From an uncultured virus (IMG/VR IMGVR_UViG_3300015171_000006) (taxonomy: Duplodnaviria > Heunggongvirae > Uroviricota > Caudoviricetes): 55,093 bases of DNA. Location: positions 1-55,093 of IMG/VR virus record IMGVR_UViG_3300015171_000006, one strand, 5' to 3'. Shown one piece after another: positions 44,731 through 54,151 of the stretch. The stretch's first letter is position 1, and every line of letters starts with the position of its first letter. The position numbers and the translations under genes are program-made. Under the pieces are notes generated by a model, which worked only from the letters and a program-made list of their open reading frames with translations, did not search any database and was not told the DNA's origin.

Positions 44731-47285
44731 TTAGATGCATATAAAAATTCAAAGGTGTAATAATACAGCAGGTCGCTGTCTTGCTCAGTATCTTTATACA
44801 TCTCATAAAGGGTTCCTGAAGCATGGTTATTTCGGTAATCAATCTCTAACCTGCCAAATACAAAGTTGAGGTCTGCGAAGTAGGTGTACCTGCAAACTGA
44901 GAGTAAAGAAAGATGATCACCCGCTAAGGAGCGAAGGCCGTAAAAAGTACCTTCAAGCAGGTTTCTTGGCACTCTCCTTAAAAACAAATTTTCTGATGTA
45001 GTTATTTCGCCAAGTTTCTTCTGTTCTGTTCTTACAGCCCTTTTCCATAGGCCGCAGCGTTTTTGTAGCACACCTGATTTTTCATTCAAAAACAAAGTGC
45101 CTGATATAGAGTTTCGCGGCGAATTGTCAATATAAATTTCATCTGCCTTATTATTCTTTGCATTGATGTTTTGAGATGAGGTATGAACCTGCCCTGTTAT
45201 CTTAGTGCTTTGGTTTATCATTGGCTGATAATCCAGGCGTATGTCGCGGTAAAAAGTTCCGTTATCAGTTCCGCTTACATCCATAATGGATAAGCCGAAA
45301 TACAAAAGACCGTCAAATGGCACGGTGCCATTTAAATCGAAAGTATGTGTTTGATTAGTATTGTCGCCCGGCTGTACAATTGCATTCCATCCCAGAACAT
45401 TTCTCCATGCGCCCGACTCGTCTAAAAATTTTGTTTGCGTGCCGTCAGTAATTTTAATACTAAAAATGCCAGTCACGCTCCCTGACTGGCTGTCAGCAGT
45501 TTGAACTGTGAATGAGTATGTAAAAACATCTCCCATGTTGGCCTGAATGGGTGCTGATTCAATATAAACCTGCTTTAATACAGCATATCTTTCAATCTCA
45601 TTGCCAAGGTTATCAGTAACAACTCTTATGAAATATGTTGCACCAGTATTTGCTGAAACAATGTGCCACCACGGCATTGCATACTCTTTTACATTATGCA
45701 GGTTAACGCCACTCCCAGTTGTATAAGAATTTAAAAGAGTGCCTAACTGATTAAGAGCGTGATTCCTTAAAAGCTCACCCGGTTCTTTATAGTTAAAAGT
45801 TTCTTTAGTAAAATTATAAGGCCTGGTAATCCTTTGCAGCAACCCCGTTTCAGCTTTGCTTTGTTCATCTTTGCCTATCAAAAATTTAGGCCAGCCGGCA
45901 AATCTGTATCCGCTTTCACTATAAAATACATGGTCTAAAAAATTAAAATTCTCATCATAATAAAACCCCGGAATATTAAAATCATAATACCGCATTTCAT
46001 CCCACCGTACAATGTTCCATCTGCCTTTAGCCTGAAATAAAGTAAGATTGAACCGCTGCAATACTTTGGTTAAAACAGTATAGCAATCTTCATAATTAGT
46101 ATCAATTAAAAAAGTTTGCGGATCAATAAATGTTTGCTCTAAAAAGCATTTGTTACTGTCCTGTGTTACTTCATTTATGTTAGCATAAACAATTGTTTTC
46201 AATTTTAATCCTGTTGCGCTTAAGCACAATTTTACTACTGTCAGCAGGCTCATTAAATCATTCAATAAAATATTCCTGAACACTCCCAAGGTGCCGGATG
46301 TAGAGGCCACGTTTGCAGGATGTTCTACGAGGTAAGCATTCCAAAAAGTGCCACCATTAAATAAAGATTTAACCTCATAAGGCCCGGCGCCGTTCACGCT
46401 TATCTTATCGCCCACAAATAAACTGCTACCAAAGCCTTCACTTACAAGTAATGCAGAATTTCCAGCATATTCGTTTATTTCATAAGTCTCCGGGCTGGTA
46501 AAAATAAGGTCATAGCTTGCCGGCGCTTTATTAAAAGCAACATCTTTAAGCAACCCTAAATTATCAGTGGCAGACAAAGTAATTTCATGCGCATAATCTA
46601 CCATTATCTCGCTGCTGTCATCCTGCACTATAAAACCGTGAAACAAAGGCAGATCCGAATTGTCTCCAAAGTGCCAGATAAGGTCAACTTTAAATTCTTC
46701 ATCATCTGTACTTAAGAGATCACTCAATTTTATATTGTTACCCTGGTTAACCAAAGTAATTTCTAATGAGCTTCCTTTAATCGGTGCTTTAGGGTCATCC
46801 GTTTCCCACCGGTGAACAGCAGCCACAGCGCCGCCTGTTACATTTATAGTATTGCCATTATAATTTTTTTGAAAAATCTGTAAAGAATATTTAGGGAAAA
46901 CTGTATCTACCCGGTCAAACTCACACAGATATTTTAAAGCGTTTGGGATAAGTATCGGCGCCGGCGGTTGTGGTATTGGCGGCGGTGTAACAGGAGTACT
47001 GCCTGAATCCTGAACGGTTATTGATGAAATAGTACTAATTTGTTTAACTGTATATTCCGCAGTATATAAATTATCCCGATAGTCTGTACTTGTACTGTTA
47101 AATAAGCCTGCGGCTATTGTAGCGGCATTTTCGCCGGGTGCGGCTGTGTAGGCCGAAATAACAGTAGGAGAAGAGTAACCGTTAATTATACCATTAATGG
47201 TAATCACCGTTTCCACGCTTACCGGTGGGCCGGAGACGGATATTAAAAATTCTGCGCCTGATGGAAATGAATTAACTGTCATCAA
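44727..47285 (-). CDS. Tail tip/hub protein (putative)
   Basis: 852 aa directly after tape measure. Confidence 0.7.
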   Translation of the reverse strand: MMTVNSFPSGAEFLISVSGPPVSVETVITINGIINGYSSPTVISAYTAAPGENAATIAAGLFNSTSTDYRDNLYTAEYTVKQISTISSITVQDSGSTPVTPPPIPQPPAPILIPNALKYLCEFDRVDTVFPKYSLQIFQKNYNGNTINVTGGAVAAVHRWETDDPKAPIKGSSLEITLVNQGNNIKLSDLLSTDDEEFKVDLIWHFGDNSDLPLFHGFIVQDDSSEIMVDYAHEITLSATDNLGLLKDVAFNKAPASYDLIFTSPETYEINEYAGNSALLVSEGFGSSLFVGDKISVNGAGPYEVKSLFNGGTFWNAYLVEHPANVASTSGTLGVFRNILLNDLMSLLTVVKLCLSATGLKLKTIVYANINEVTQDSNKCFLEQTFIDPQTFLIDTNYEDCYTVLTKVLQRFNLTLFQAKGRWNIVRWDEMRYYDFNIPGFYYDENFNFLDHVFYSESGYRFAGWPKFLIGKDEQSKAETGLLQRITRPYNFTKETFNYKEPGELLRNHALNQLGTLLNSYTTGSGVNLHNVKEYAMPWWHIVSANTGATYFIRVVTDNLGNEIERYAVLKQVYIESAPIQANMGDVFTYSFTVQTADSQSGSVTGIFSIKITDGTQTKFLDESGAWRNVLGWNAIVQPGDNTNQTHTFDLNGTVPFDGLLYFGLSIMDVSGTDNGTFYRDIRLDYQPMINQSTKITGQVHTSSQNINAKNNKADEIYIDNSPRNSISGTLFLNEKSGVLQKRCGLWKRAVRTEQKKLGEITTSENLFLRRVPRNLLEGTFYGLRSLAGDHLSLLSVCRYTYFADLNFVFGRLEIDYRNNHASGTLYEMYKDTEQDSDLLYYYTFEFLYASK

Positions 47286-47288
47286 TCA

Positions 47289-47336
47289 TAAAAATAAATT
47301 AAAGCTTAAGCTATAATTTGCAGGTTCGTATAAAGT
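47289..47336 (-). promoter_or_regulatory. Putative late promoter motif
   Basis: Minus strand ACTTTATAC-N23-CTTTAATTTATTTTTA. Confidence 0.7.
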
Positions 47337-47352
47337 AATTTACTTTAGATAA

Positions 47353-47769
47353 ATGAAAAAATATATACTATTTCTGCTGGTTATTGTTTCTGCAAATGCT
47401 ATGGCTCAAAAGAAAGGCGATAACACAATAATTTTACCCTACACTTCTTTATCTCAGATAAAAAACGTTCTTTTCCAAAACGGATATTCAACAAATTCTG
47501 ATACTGTTTATATAGCAACATCTTCTAAAGAATTAGCCAAGGCTGCCATGTCTGTAAAGCTGATGATTTTAAGAACAGATACCGCCACCTTCATAAAAGG
47601 AATGACAAAATCAACTGTATCACTTTATTTATCATCCGTAAAGTATGAAGATGATTTTTCCCAAATTTCTTTTATAGGAATGAAAGGAAGCTCCTACAGA
47701 AAAGTATGGGAAGAAATGGATAGAATAGCAAAACTTTTATCTTCGAATCTTATTTATATAAAACAGTAA
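47353..47769 (+). CDS. Secreted protein (moron-like)
   Basis: Signal peptide ...SANAMA-Q; opposite strand inside the tail operon. Confidence 0.8.
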   Translation: MKKYILFLLVIVSANAMAQKKGDNTIILPYTSLSQIKNVLFQNGYSTNSDTVYIATSSKELAKAAMSVKLMILRTDTATFIKGMTKSTVSLYLSSVKYEDDFSQISFIGMKGSSYRKVWEEMDRIAKLLSSNLIYIKQ

Positions 47770-49881
47770 TTAACCGTTTCTTGAAATTTGAGACTGCGCC
47801 CTTTGAACTGCAGCAACTAATCTGTTCCCCTTTATTTCAAAGTCTCCATAAATTTCTATAGCTTGCCCGCCGCCAATGTTTGAACTCCCTACGCTTCCGC
47901 CCGTTGCAAATTTTTGAGGAATAAACCCGTTGTTCAACATATCAAAAAATGATGAGCCGAATTTAGCCACGGTATCAGCTTTTATCACATACTCACCACG
48001 GCTTAACCTTGCAAAAATGCTGTCTGATGTAGATGAGCCCGGCCCATTGATATAACCACCTGTTGCAAAGCCGGGTGCCACTTTACCTACCTGAGATTTG
48101 ATGATAGCACCCAAAGCTATTAACCCAACTCCAACGGCAATTGAGGCCACCGGGTTTGCTAAAAGCTTTTTAAAGGCGCTCTTTGCAATTTGAATTTCAA
48201 TTGCAGATTGTATTAAAAATTTACCAAGATTTTTAAGCTGATCTCCTACGGATCCAAATATACCATCAAACAAGCCTTTAAAAGAATCTTTACCGCCGCC
48301 AATAGCATTACCGATTGATTCGCCAAGGCTTGACAATGCATCAACATTAATTGCCTTTAACGAATCACTTACCTGCTTTTGCAGTTCAGCCATTTGCTTG
48401 GTAACTATTGTGGGTAAAGGCTTTAAAGTGTTTGCTAAATCTGAAGGCTTTGGCGGTAACAAAGAAAGGCCAATATTAATCTTAGCATCTTCGGGTTTCT
48501 TAAAAATCAGCTTTCGTAAATCATCCCTTTCTTTTAAATCAGCAATTTTAAATTCTAAATCTAAAACAATAGGGCTTTCTGCTGTCTGTTTAAACTTATC
48601 AACTAAAGTATGAATTGTACTCTCTACTGCTGATACTTTTTCTTTTACTTTATCGGTTTTAAAAATTAATTCTTCCTGGGAGATAAGGTCGAGTTGCCTT
48701 TGAAGTTTTACAAGAACATCGTTTATAGTTTCTGCCTGCTTTGCTACTTTTGGCTTAGCGTCTTTATGTTTATCCTGATCTTCAACTGCTTTAGCAAGCA
48801 AGGGAAGGCTGGCAAATTTCGTAAGAAAATCAATTTGAGACTGAAGCGATTTTGCGTTTGCTTTATTTTGGTCTAAATCTTTTTGGGTAGCAGCCTTTTT
48901 ATACAGCGCATTTGTTTGATCAAGTCCACGCGTTTCTGCATCCCGGCTATCTTTAAGATTTGCTTTGGTATTCTCCAAATCAACCTTCCTCATATTCTGA
49001 AGAATCTTAAAATTTTCCTGCTCGTTATCAAGTATTTTGCCAGATAAATCCTCAATCTTGCTCAGTGCCGCTCTTGCTTTTGCATTAGCAATAATTGACA
49101 GGGTAGCATTGTCATAAGCAGTTTTGGAATCCCCGTTTAGAATACTCTCTGTTTTCAGATTTTTAAAAAAATCAGGAAACTCTTTTTGTAATCCTTTCAC
49201 AGCAGCAAGCCTATCTTTCATTGAAAGATTTACATTAGTTGCGGCATCATATAGTATTTTTAAATCCGCGGTTTGTTTCCCGGCATCTTTGTTGGCATCT
49301 TTTAATACATCGTTTAAATTAGCCTGATTTACCTTTAATTGCGCGGCTGCATCTGATACCTTATTCATGCTTGCAAACCATAGGCTAAAGGCCTCAATTA
49401 CCGGACCTGAGATAAGGCTAACAAGTCCCGCAATACCAATACCAGGTAATATGTAAGCGAGTTTTCTAAGCCCGCCCCAGACTGAACTAATACCGCCAGC
49501 GAGCCCTGTGCCCGCCTTCTCAGCAGTTTTCATTTCTGTAACTGATAATTTCAGTGCAGTAGTGGTATTTGCCAGTTCAGTTTTTGCAGTAGCAAGTGAT
49601 GTGCTTAAAGTATTTGAATTGGCTGAAAGCCTTACAATTTCTTCTCTCAGCGCTGCCGCTGCACTCTTACCATCGGAACTATTTTTATTTAATTTTTGGA
49701 GATTTACCGCCGCTGTAGTTAGCTCTTTTTCATTGAGCCGGAGCGAAGTATTAAGATCATTTATAACGACCTTTAACTGGCCCTGATTTTCTGTTAACTG
49801 GCCTACCTTGGCTTTTGCCGCATCTATCTTTGAAAGAAAGCCGGTAATATCAGCGCCGACCGTTACCTGCATATCTTCCAT
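47770..49881 (-). CDS. Tape measure protein
   Basis: MQVTVGADI start, long Ala/Lys helical region, FATGGYINGPGSSTSDSI.ARLS.GEYVI. Confidence 0.92.
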   Translation of the reverse strand: MEDMQVTVGADITGFLSKIDAAKAKVGQLTENQGQLKVVINDLNTSLRLNEKELTTAAVNLQKLNKNSSDGKSAAAALREEIVRLSANSNTLSTSLATAKTELANTTTALKLSVTEMKTAEKAGTGLAGGISSVWGGLRKLAYILPGIGIAGLVSLISGPVIEAFSLWFASMNKVSDAAAQLKVNQANLNDVLKDANKDAGKQTADLKILYDAATNVNLSMKDRLAAVKGLQKEFPDFFKNLKTESILNGDSKTAYDNATLSIIANAKARAALSKIEDLSGKILDNEQENFKILQNMRKVDLENTKANLKDSRDAETRGLDQTNALYKKAATQKDLDQNKANAKSLQSQIDFLTKFASLPLLAKAVEDQDKHKDAKPKVAKQAETINDVLVKLQRQLDLISQEELIFKTDKVKEKVSAVESTIHTLVDKFKQTAESPIVLDLEFKIADLKERDDLRKLIFKKPEDAKINIGLSLLPPKPSDLANTLKPLPTIVTKQMAELQKQVSDSLKAINVDALSSLGESIGNAIGGGKDSFKGLFDGIFGSVGDQLKNLGKFLIQSAIEIQIAKSAFKKLLANPVASIAVGVGLIALGAIIKSQVGKVAPGFATGGYINGPGSSTSDSIFARLSRGEYVIKADTVAKFGSSFFDMLNNGFIPQKFATGGSVGSSNIGGGQAIEIYGDFEIKGNRLVAAVQRAQSQISRNG

Positions 49882-49882
49882 A

Positions 49883-50137
49883 TCACTTCATTTTATGGGC
49901 TTTTTTAATTTGCGCCAGTAAGTCTTTACTTATTGTAAATGTATCGTGGCTTATTACTTTATCTGATGATAGCGGCAAAAATTCTTTAAGCGAAAGAGGC
50001 TTTTGAACAAGGCTTTGGTGAATCTTAAATAAACCCATCCTTAAAAAAGAAAATTGAACATCCTGTTTATCTTCATAACCCATGACCTTGCAGTAATTCA
50101 CATAAGCGCTGTTGGTGTAATACTCCCTTTCCGTCAT
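49883..50137 (-). CDS. Tail assembly chaperone, frameshift-extension part (gpT-like)
   Basis: Between the chaperone and tape measure; open in the -1 frame back to an A9 run in the upstream gene. Confidence 0.7.
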   Translation of the reverse strand: MTEREYYTNSAYVNYCKVMGYEDKQDVQFSFLRMGLFKIHQSLVQKPLSLKEFLPLSSDKVISHDTFTISKDLLAQIKKAHKMK

Positions 50138-50184
50138 GCCTAATACACCAAAGAAAAATTTATGCGTTTCAAATAACTCTAATT

Positions 50185-50526
50185 CTACTTCTTTACTGCT
50201 TTGCTTTTTTTTTCTTTTTCTGGCTTTTGAGTGATTATAGATTGATACATCTGCGTTCCTGTAAACACTGTTGAAACTTCTTTAATAATTTCAGCAGCAT
50301 TGGGCTTTATGTAAATTTCATCTACCCAGTCACAAACATCCTCAAAAGTATAATCCGGGTGTTCTTCTTTTACAAAACTGTTACCTCTTAAACCGCCATA
50401 AAATAAGGCATACACATTTTGAATATCAGAATCAGGATTGCTCTTTGTTCTTATTATTTCAAGAGCAAGCTGGTTAAATTTTAACCCACGTTCTTTGCCG
50501 CCTAATTCTATTTTAATATAACTCAT
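50185..50526 (-). CDS. Tail assembly chaperone (gpG-like)
   Basis: IELGGKERGLKFN..AL; follows the major tail gene. Confidence 0.8.
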   Translation of the reverse strand: MSYIKIELGGKERGLKFNQLALEIIRTKSNPDSDIQNVYALFYGGLRGNSFVKEEHPDYTFEDVCDWVDEIYIKPNAAEIIKEVSTVFTGTQMYQSIITQKPEKEKKSKAVKK

Positions 50527-51206
50527 TAAGGTATAATTGTAGCTACAGGAATTGAGAAGCCGGAGCCAGTACCGCCAATATTAGCAGCCAAAGCAGTAAG
50601 TGTATTACCCACCACATAACCAGATCCACCGTCATCCAAAATACATGCTGTTACTGAACCGCCTGATACGGTTATATCTGCAGTTGCGCCTAAACCCGCC
50701 CCGCCTGTTAATGGAACATCTGTGTAAACACCGTTAGTATATAAAGTACCTGCTGTAATGCTTCCAAGAGTAGCAATTGCACCGCTGGCCTCTACTTTTG
50801 TAATGTCACCAACTACCTGGAACTGGCCCTGAAAAGTAGAGTTTCCGGCGCCGTATGTATCTGAAAGAGAAGTTAAAAACCCTTTGCCTGAATAAGTAAT
50901 ATCATCATCCTGCGGCAAGGCTACCCCTACTTTCCATCCAAATATTGCTTTAACAGCCCAAAGATCATGCAGGTTAGCGCCGCTTATTCGTCCGCTGGCA
51001 GGATCCCACATTTGCACACCATCAAAGGTCACATCAGCTTTATTATCACCCGGTGCAGATTTTAAACCGCACTGCGTAGCCGTTTCAATACTCGTTGTTG
51101 TTCGCTGAATCGATTTTGTGGTTAAACAAACAAGTGTGCTGTAGTTAGTGCCACCCGTGGGGTCAATGAATAAAAATATATCATTGCCATTTATTTCTCT
51201 TTCCAT
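50526..51206 (-). CDS. Major tail (tube) protein with Gly-rich C-terminal decoration domain
   Basis: INGNDIFL...VCLT......IETATQC...YSGKGFLTSLS; C-terminal GG.G.GATADITV.GG.V. Confidence 0.85.
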   Translation of the reverse strand: MEREINGNDIFLFIDPTGGTNYSTLVCLTTKSIQRTTTSIETATQCGLKSAPGDNKADVTFDGVQMWDPASGRISGANLHDLWAVKAIFGWKVGVALPQDDDITYSGKGFLTSLSDTYGAGNSTFQGQFQVVGDITKVEASGAIATLGSITAGTLYTNGVYTDVPLTGGAGLGATADITVSGGSVTACILDDGGSGYVVGNTLTALAANIGGTGSGFSIPVATIIP

Positions 51207-51223
51207 CTTAAATTAATTTGTAG

Positions 51224-51271
51224 TAAAAATAATTTAAAGACTATCTTATTTTTGGCTGTGTTGTATAAAGT
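51224..51271 (-). promoter_or_regulatory. Putative late promoter motif
   Basis: Minus strand ACTTTATAC-N23-CTTTAAATTATTTTTA. Confidence 0.7.
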
Positions 51272-51272
51272 A

Positions 51273-51707
51273 TTACCGGTGAAAGATGCTATGCTGAAAA
51301 GTTAGCACCCGATCAACATACTCCCTGGTATTATTAATGTTGTAATTCTGCGTAAAGTCGCCAGAAAGTTTTGTTGTTACACATTGAAGATTATCAGTTA
51401 ATTCAAGAGCAGTTTGTCTGTCAGGATAAATGGCCATTAATACAAGCCCGGCAATAGCATCAGCCGCCGCACCGTCATTATATTTCTCTTTAAATGTGTG
51501 AATCGTTACCCGCATAGATGTTGATGTATCTGCTTTGTATTGAGAAGAAGTATCATTATTAGTAATGCCGCCAAATACAATATAATTTTCATCCTCAATA
51601 TTATCAGGCGCTTTTTGATAAAAAACAGGGATAGGCACATCATTATATTTCAGCACCGATAAGGCAGAATTGTAAGCCACTCTTAAAGGATAATTTACAT
51701 CTCTCAT
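51273..51707 (-). CDS. Tail terminator (DUF3168-like)
   Basis: LR.AY..AL....VPVF..P......YIV pattern; upstream of the major tail gene. Confidence 0.78.
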   Translation of the reverse strand: MRDVNYPLRVAYNSALSVLKYNDVPIPVFYQKAPDNIEDENYIVFGGITNNDTSSQYKADTSTSMRVTIHTFKEKYNDGAAADAIAGLVLMAIYPDRQTALELTDNLQCVTTKLSGDFTQNYNINNTREYVDRVLTFQHSIFHR

Positions 51708-52269
51708 GTAAAGTAAAAGTAAAATCTTAATGTTTTTTGTTCAATAAGTTTATACTTAAAAACTATTTGGACCTTCCACTTAATTCAGCCCGGCCAACAG
51801 GCTATTCAAAAAAAACAAATATGCGACTAATTATATAACTTGCAAATTATAAGTACTTGCCCAAGCGCTTAATTTGAAGGTAAAAAAAGTCTTTTAGTAG
51901 ATAACAAAAATACTACTAAATGACAAAGTTTTGCCTAATTGGGCTAATATTTTTTTCTTGCAATATTTACCGAAAAATCCCATCTAAAATGTCAACTGTT
52001 CATCCCAAGCATGAATACAGAATTGGTGATACAATTATTATAAAAAATAAGAAATACTGTGTAATAGATGTGAGAATGTAAAGGGATTTTATCTACGTAT
52101 GATATTGAAAGATTGCTCAAAAACCAGCAATCTTGCTTCGCTCTCAAAGACATTTTTTATTTTACTTTTTAAGCCAGCCGGCCAAGCTATGCAGCTCCTA
52201 TGAAAGCTGATTTTTTGCCGCATACGCTAAATTAAAAAATCACTTTCCAGCCAGTCTCTCGGCTAACCT

Positions 52270-52298
52270 GAGTAACATAATATTATCTTATAATCAAG
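52270..52298 (-). other. dif-like XerC/XerD site 5
   Basis: Minus strand CTTGATTATAA-GATAATA-TTATGTTACTC, identical to site 3. Confidence 0.72.
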
Positions 52299-52415
52299 GC
52301 TCTCATACTCTGATAAATAAAGAACGTTCGCTGTTATGATTTTTTAAGTAGCAAATAATTATAAAGGCAGATGGAACTACTTAAAAAATCATAACAGCGA
52401 AGCGGAAATTCAAGC

Positions 52416-52444
52416 CTCACTTATAAGAAACCATTATGTTAAAC
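52416..52444 (+). other. dif-like XerC/XerD site 6
   Basis: CTCACTTATAA-GAAACCA-TTATGTTAAAC, identical to site 4. Confidence 0.8.
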
Positions 52445-52517
52445 AGGCACTACACAGCCCCCAAAAAAGTAAAATAAAAAAGCCCGCGCCACTGGTTTTT
52501 ATTATGTAGAATGTATA

Positions 52518-53183
52518 TTGTGGAGAATGGGAATTTATAAACTATACTTGTTTCTTTTACTGCTTTCACCTATAGCCTCTTTTCCTCAAATAAAAAGAAT
52601 AAATAATATTAACGTGAGCCTTAAAAACCTTATATCAGAAACATCCAAAATTATGGATATTTTGCACATAAGTAAAAGGGTCAATTTAAAAAAAGATTCT
52701 CCATCCATAAACGTTCTTATAGATAGTACCGTCCTTCCATTTAATGCGTTTTTTGGCGGATTACATAAAAATGAAAGAGGTGTTATAACTCCATCAGGCA
52801 ACCATGCTTTAAGGTACTACAGATATCCTGCTATAAGGATGAATCCGCTTTTGCATTTAATAGTTTCAAAGAAGAAAGATACTACTGCTTTTGTCAGGCT
52901 TAAGGCAATATCAATTTTTGTTCACGAATTGGTTCATTATTTACAAGCTACTTGGTGGGTACACAACATTACTGTAACCTCGTATGATCAAATGGAATCT
53001 TATATATCTCAACCTGATGAATTTGAGGCTTATGGAGCAGAAGCATATTTCCTTTTAAAATATTACAATGAAAAATTATTAAGTAGTATAATGTACTCCA
53101 AAAACACACAAGAAACAAAAATGAAATTATTAATCAAATCATACTACTCAACCGTATATCCGTGGAGAGCTAAAATTTTTTAA
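52518..53183 (+). CDS. Secreted HExxH zincin-like protein (module B cargo)
   Basis: Hydrophobic N-terminus; FVHELVHYLQ and downstream Y..QPDEFEAY. Confidence 0.72.
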   Translation: MWRMGIYKLYLFLLLLSPIASFPQIKRINNINVSLKNLISETSKIMDILHISKRVNLKKDSPSINVLIDSTVLPFNAFFGGLHKNERGVITPSGNHALRYYRYPAIRMNPLLHLIVSKKKDTTAFVRLKAISIFVHELVHYLQATWWVHNITVTSYDQMESYISQPDEFEAYGAEAYFLLKYYNEKLLSSIMYSKNTQETKMKLLIKSYYSTVYPWRAKIF

Positions 53184-53535
53184 TCTTTACTTATTATACT
53201 ATCAGGATAAATACAAATATTATACATAACGGTATCCATTCTGTTTATATTAATGGTATCGCATTTTACTAAATGTAAAGGCCTATGACACTTCTTTGAA
53301 GTATTGCAGCTTGTTAAAGTAAAAAACACAAACCACCGGAGGGAAAAAAATTTTCATTTGTTCAATGAATTAATATGAGTAATTTTGTTACTCATTTAAA
53401 CCATTAAACCTTATGATATTAATATAATTGCAGGCTGCTAACGCAGTCTGTTTGTGTTTTATAAAGGTAAGAAAATAATTTTTTCCCATATCCTGTTTTT
53501 TTGTACTTTGTACAGGATTTCAAAACTAAACAATC

Positions 53536-53883
53536 ATGGCTAAGATTCTAATAGTTGATGATGAGCAAGACCTTTTATATGTTGTAAAAATCCTTTTAAC
53601 AAAAGAAGGTTTTGAAGTTATAACACATTCCACTTATTCAAATGTTGAAGAAATTGTACTAAGGCATTCTCCTGATTTAATTCTTTTGGATGGAGTGATT
53701 CACGGAGGTTCAGGTCGGGAAATTTGTAAAGAACTCAAAAAAAATTACCCTATACCAGTTGTATTGTTTTCAGCACATAGCCCAATTTCAAAAACCTATA
53801 AAGATTACGATGCAGACGGTTTTATTCAAAAGCCTTTTGATATACCGGACTTTATAAATACTATTAAGTCATACCTCAATTAA
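53536..53883 (+). CDS. Single-domain response regulator (CheY-like, module B cargo)
   Basis: KILIVDDE, PDLILLD, GREICKELK, PVVLFSA, ADGFIQKPF. Confidence 0.93.
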   Translation: MAKILIVDDEQDLLYVVKILLTKEGFEVITHSTYSNVEEIVLRHSPDLILLDGVIHGGSGREICKELKKNYPIPVVLFSAHSPISKTYKDYDADGFIQKPFDIPDFINTIKSYLN

Positions 53884-54151
53884 TAGTTTTAGGTTATCGG
53901 TTTAAGTTGTCTACCTTACTGCTGGTTTTCACAAGTATAGCGAATTTTTAAGGGAGGTGAATCTTTATTCTGCCTCCCAATTTTTTTTCACTCCCCCTTG
54001 GTATAATGCCTTGATTACTCACCATATTTTAATTTAATAGAATTATTTATTACCTTTCTTTTCTCATAGACCAGTTAGTTTGGTATATAACCGAGGGCGA
54101 ATTTTTATTCTGCCCTCCTGTTTTTATGTTGTAAGATTGGTATATTAGCGA

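Larger units (their letters stand above)
52095..52500 (+). repeat. Complete module-junction element (copy B): about 400-bp imperfect palindrome with two inverted dif-like sites and a central hairpin
   Basis: Matches 54933-55093 (3 mismatches in 161 bp), 1-109, and inverted 11642-11935 and 13010-13117. Confidence 0.93.

Noticed and set aside
1858-49786. Many plus-strand ORFs nested antisense to structural and replication genes (e.g. 6630-6911, 14989-15375, 26001-26471, 40197-40598)
   Set aside because: Shadow ORFs with antisense-typical Ser/Phe/Leu composition and no motifs.
52270-52444. Treating the TAAC...GTTA palindrome as another attC of the 18214 integrase
   Set aside because: It lacks the GTTTTGCGTCA/CGAACGCAAAGC arms, copy A has ATT instead of GTT, and the identity break falls in the 7-bp centre rather than at G|TT. 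The Xer-site reading fits better, though the enzyme is unproven.
52095-52500. CRISPR array or retron msr-msd interpretation of the repeated hairpin element
   Set aside because: No regular repeat-spacer period, no cas genes and no reverse transcriptase in the window.
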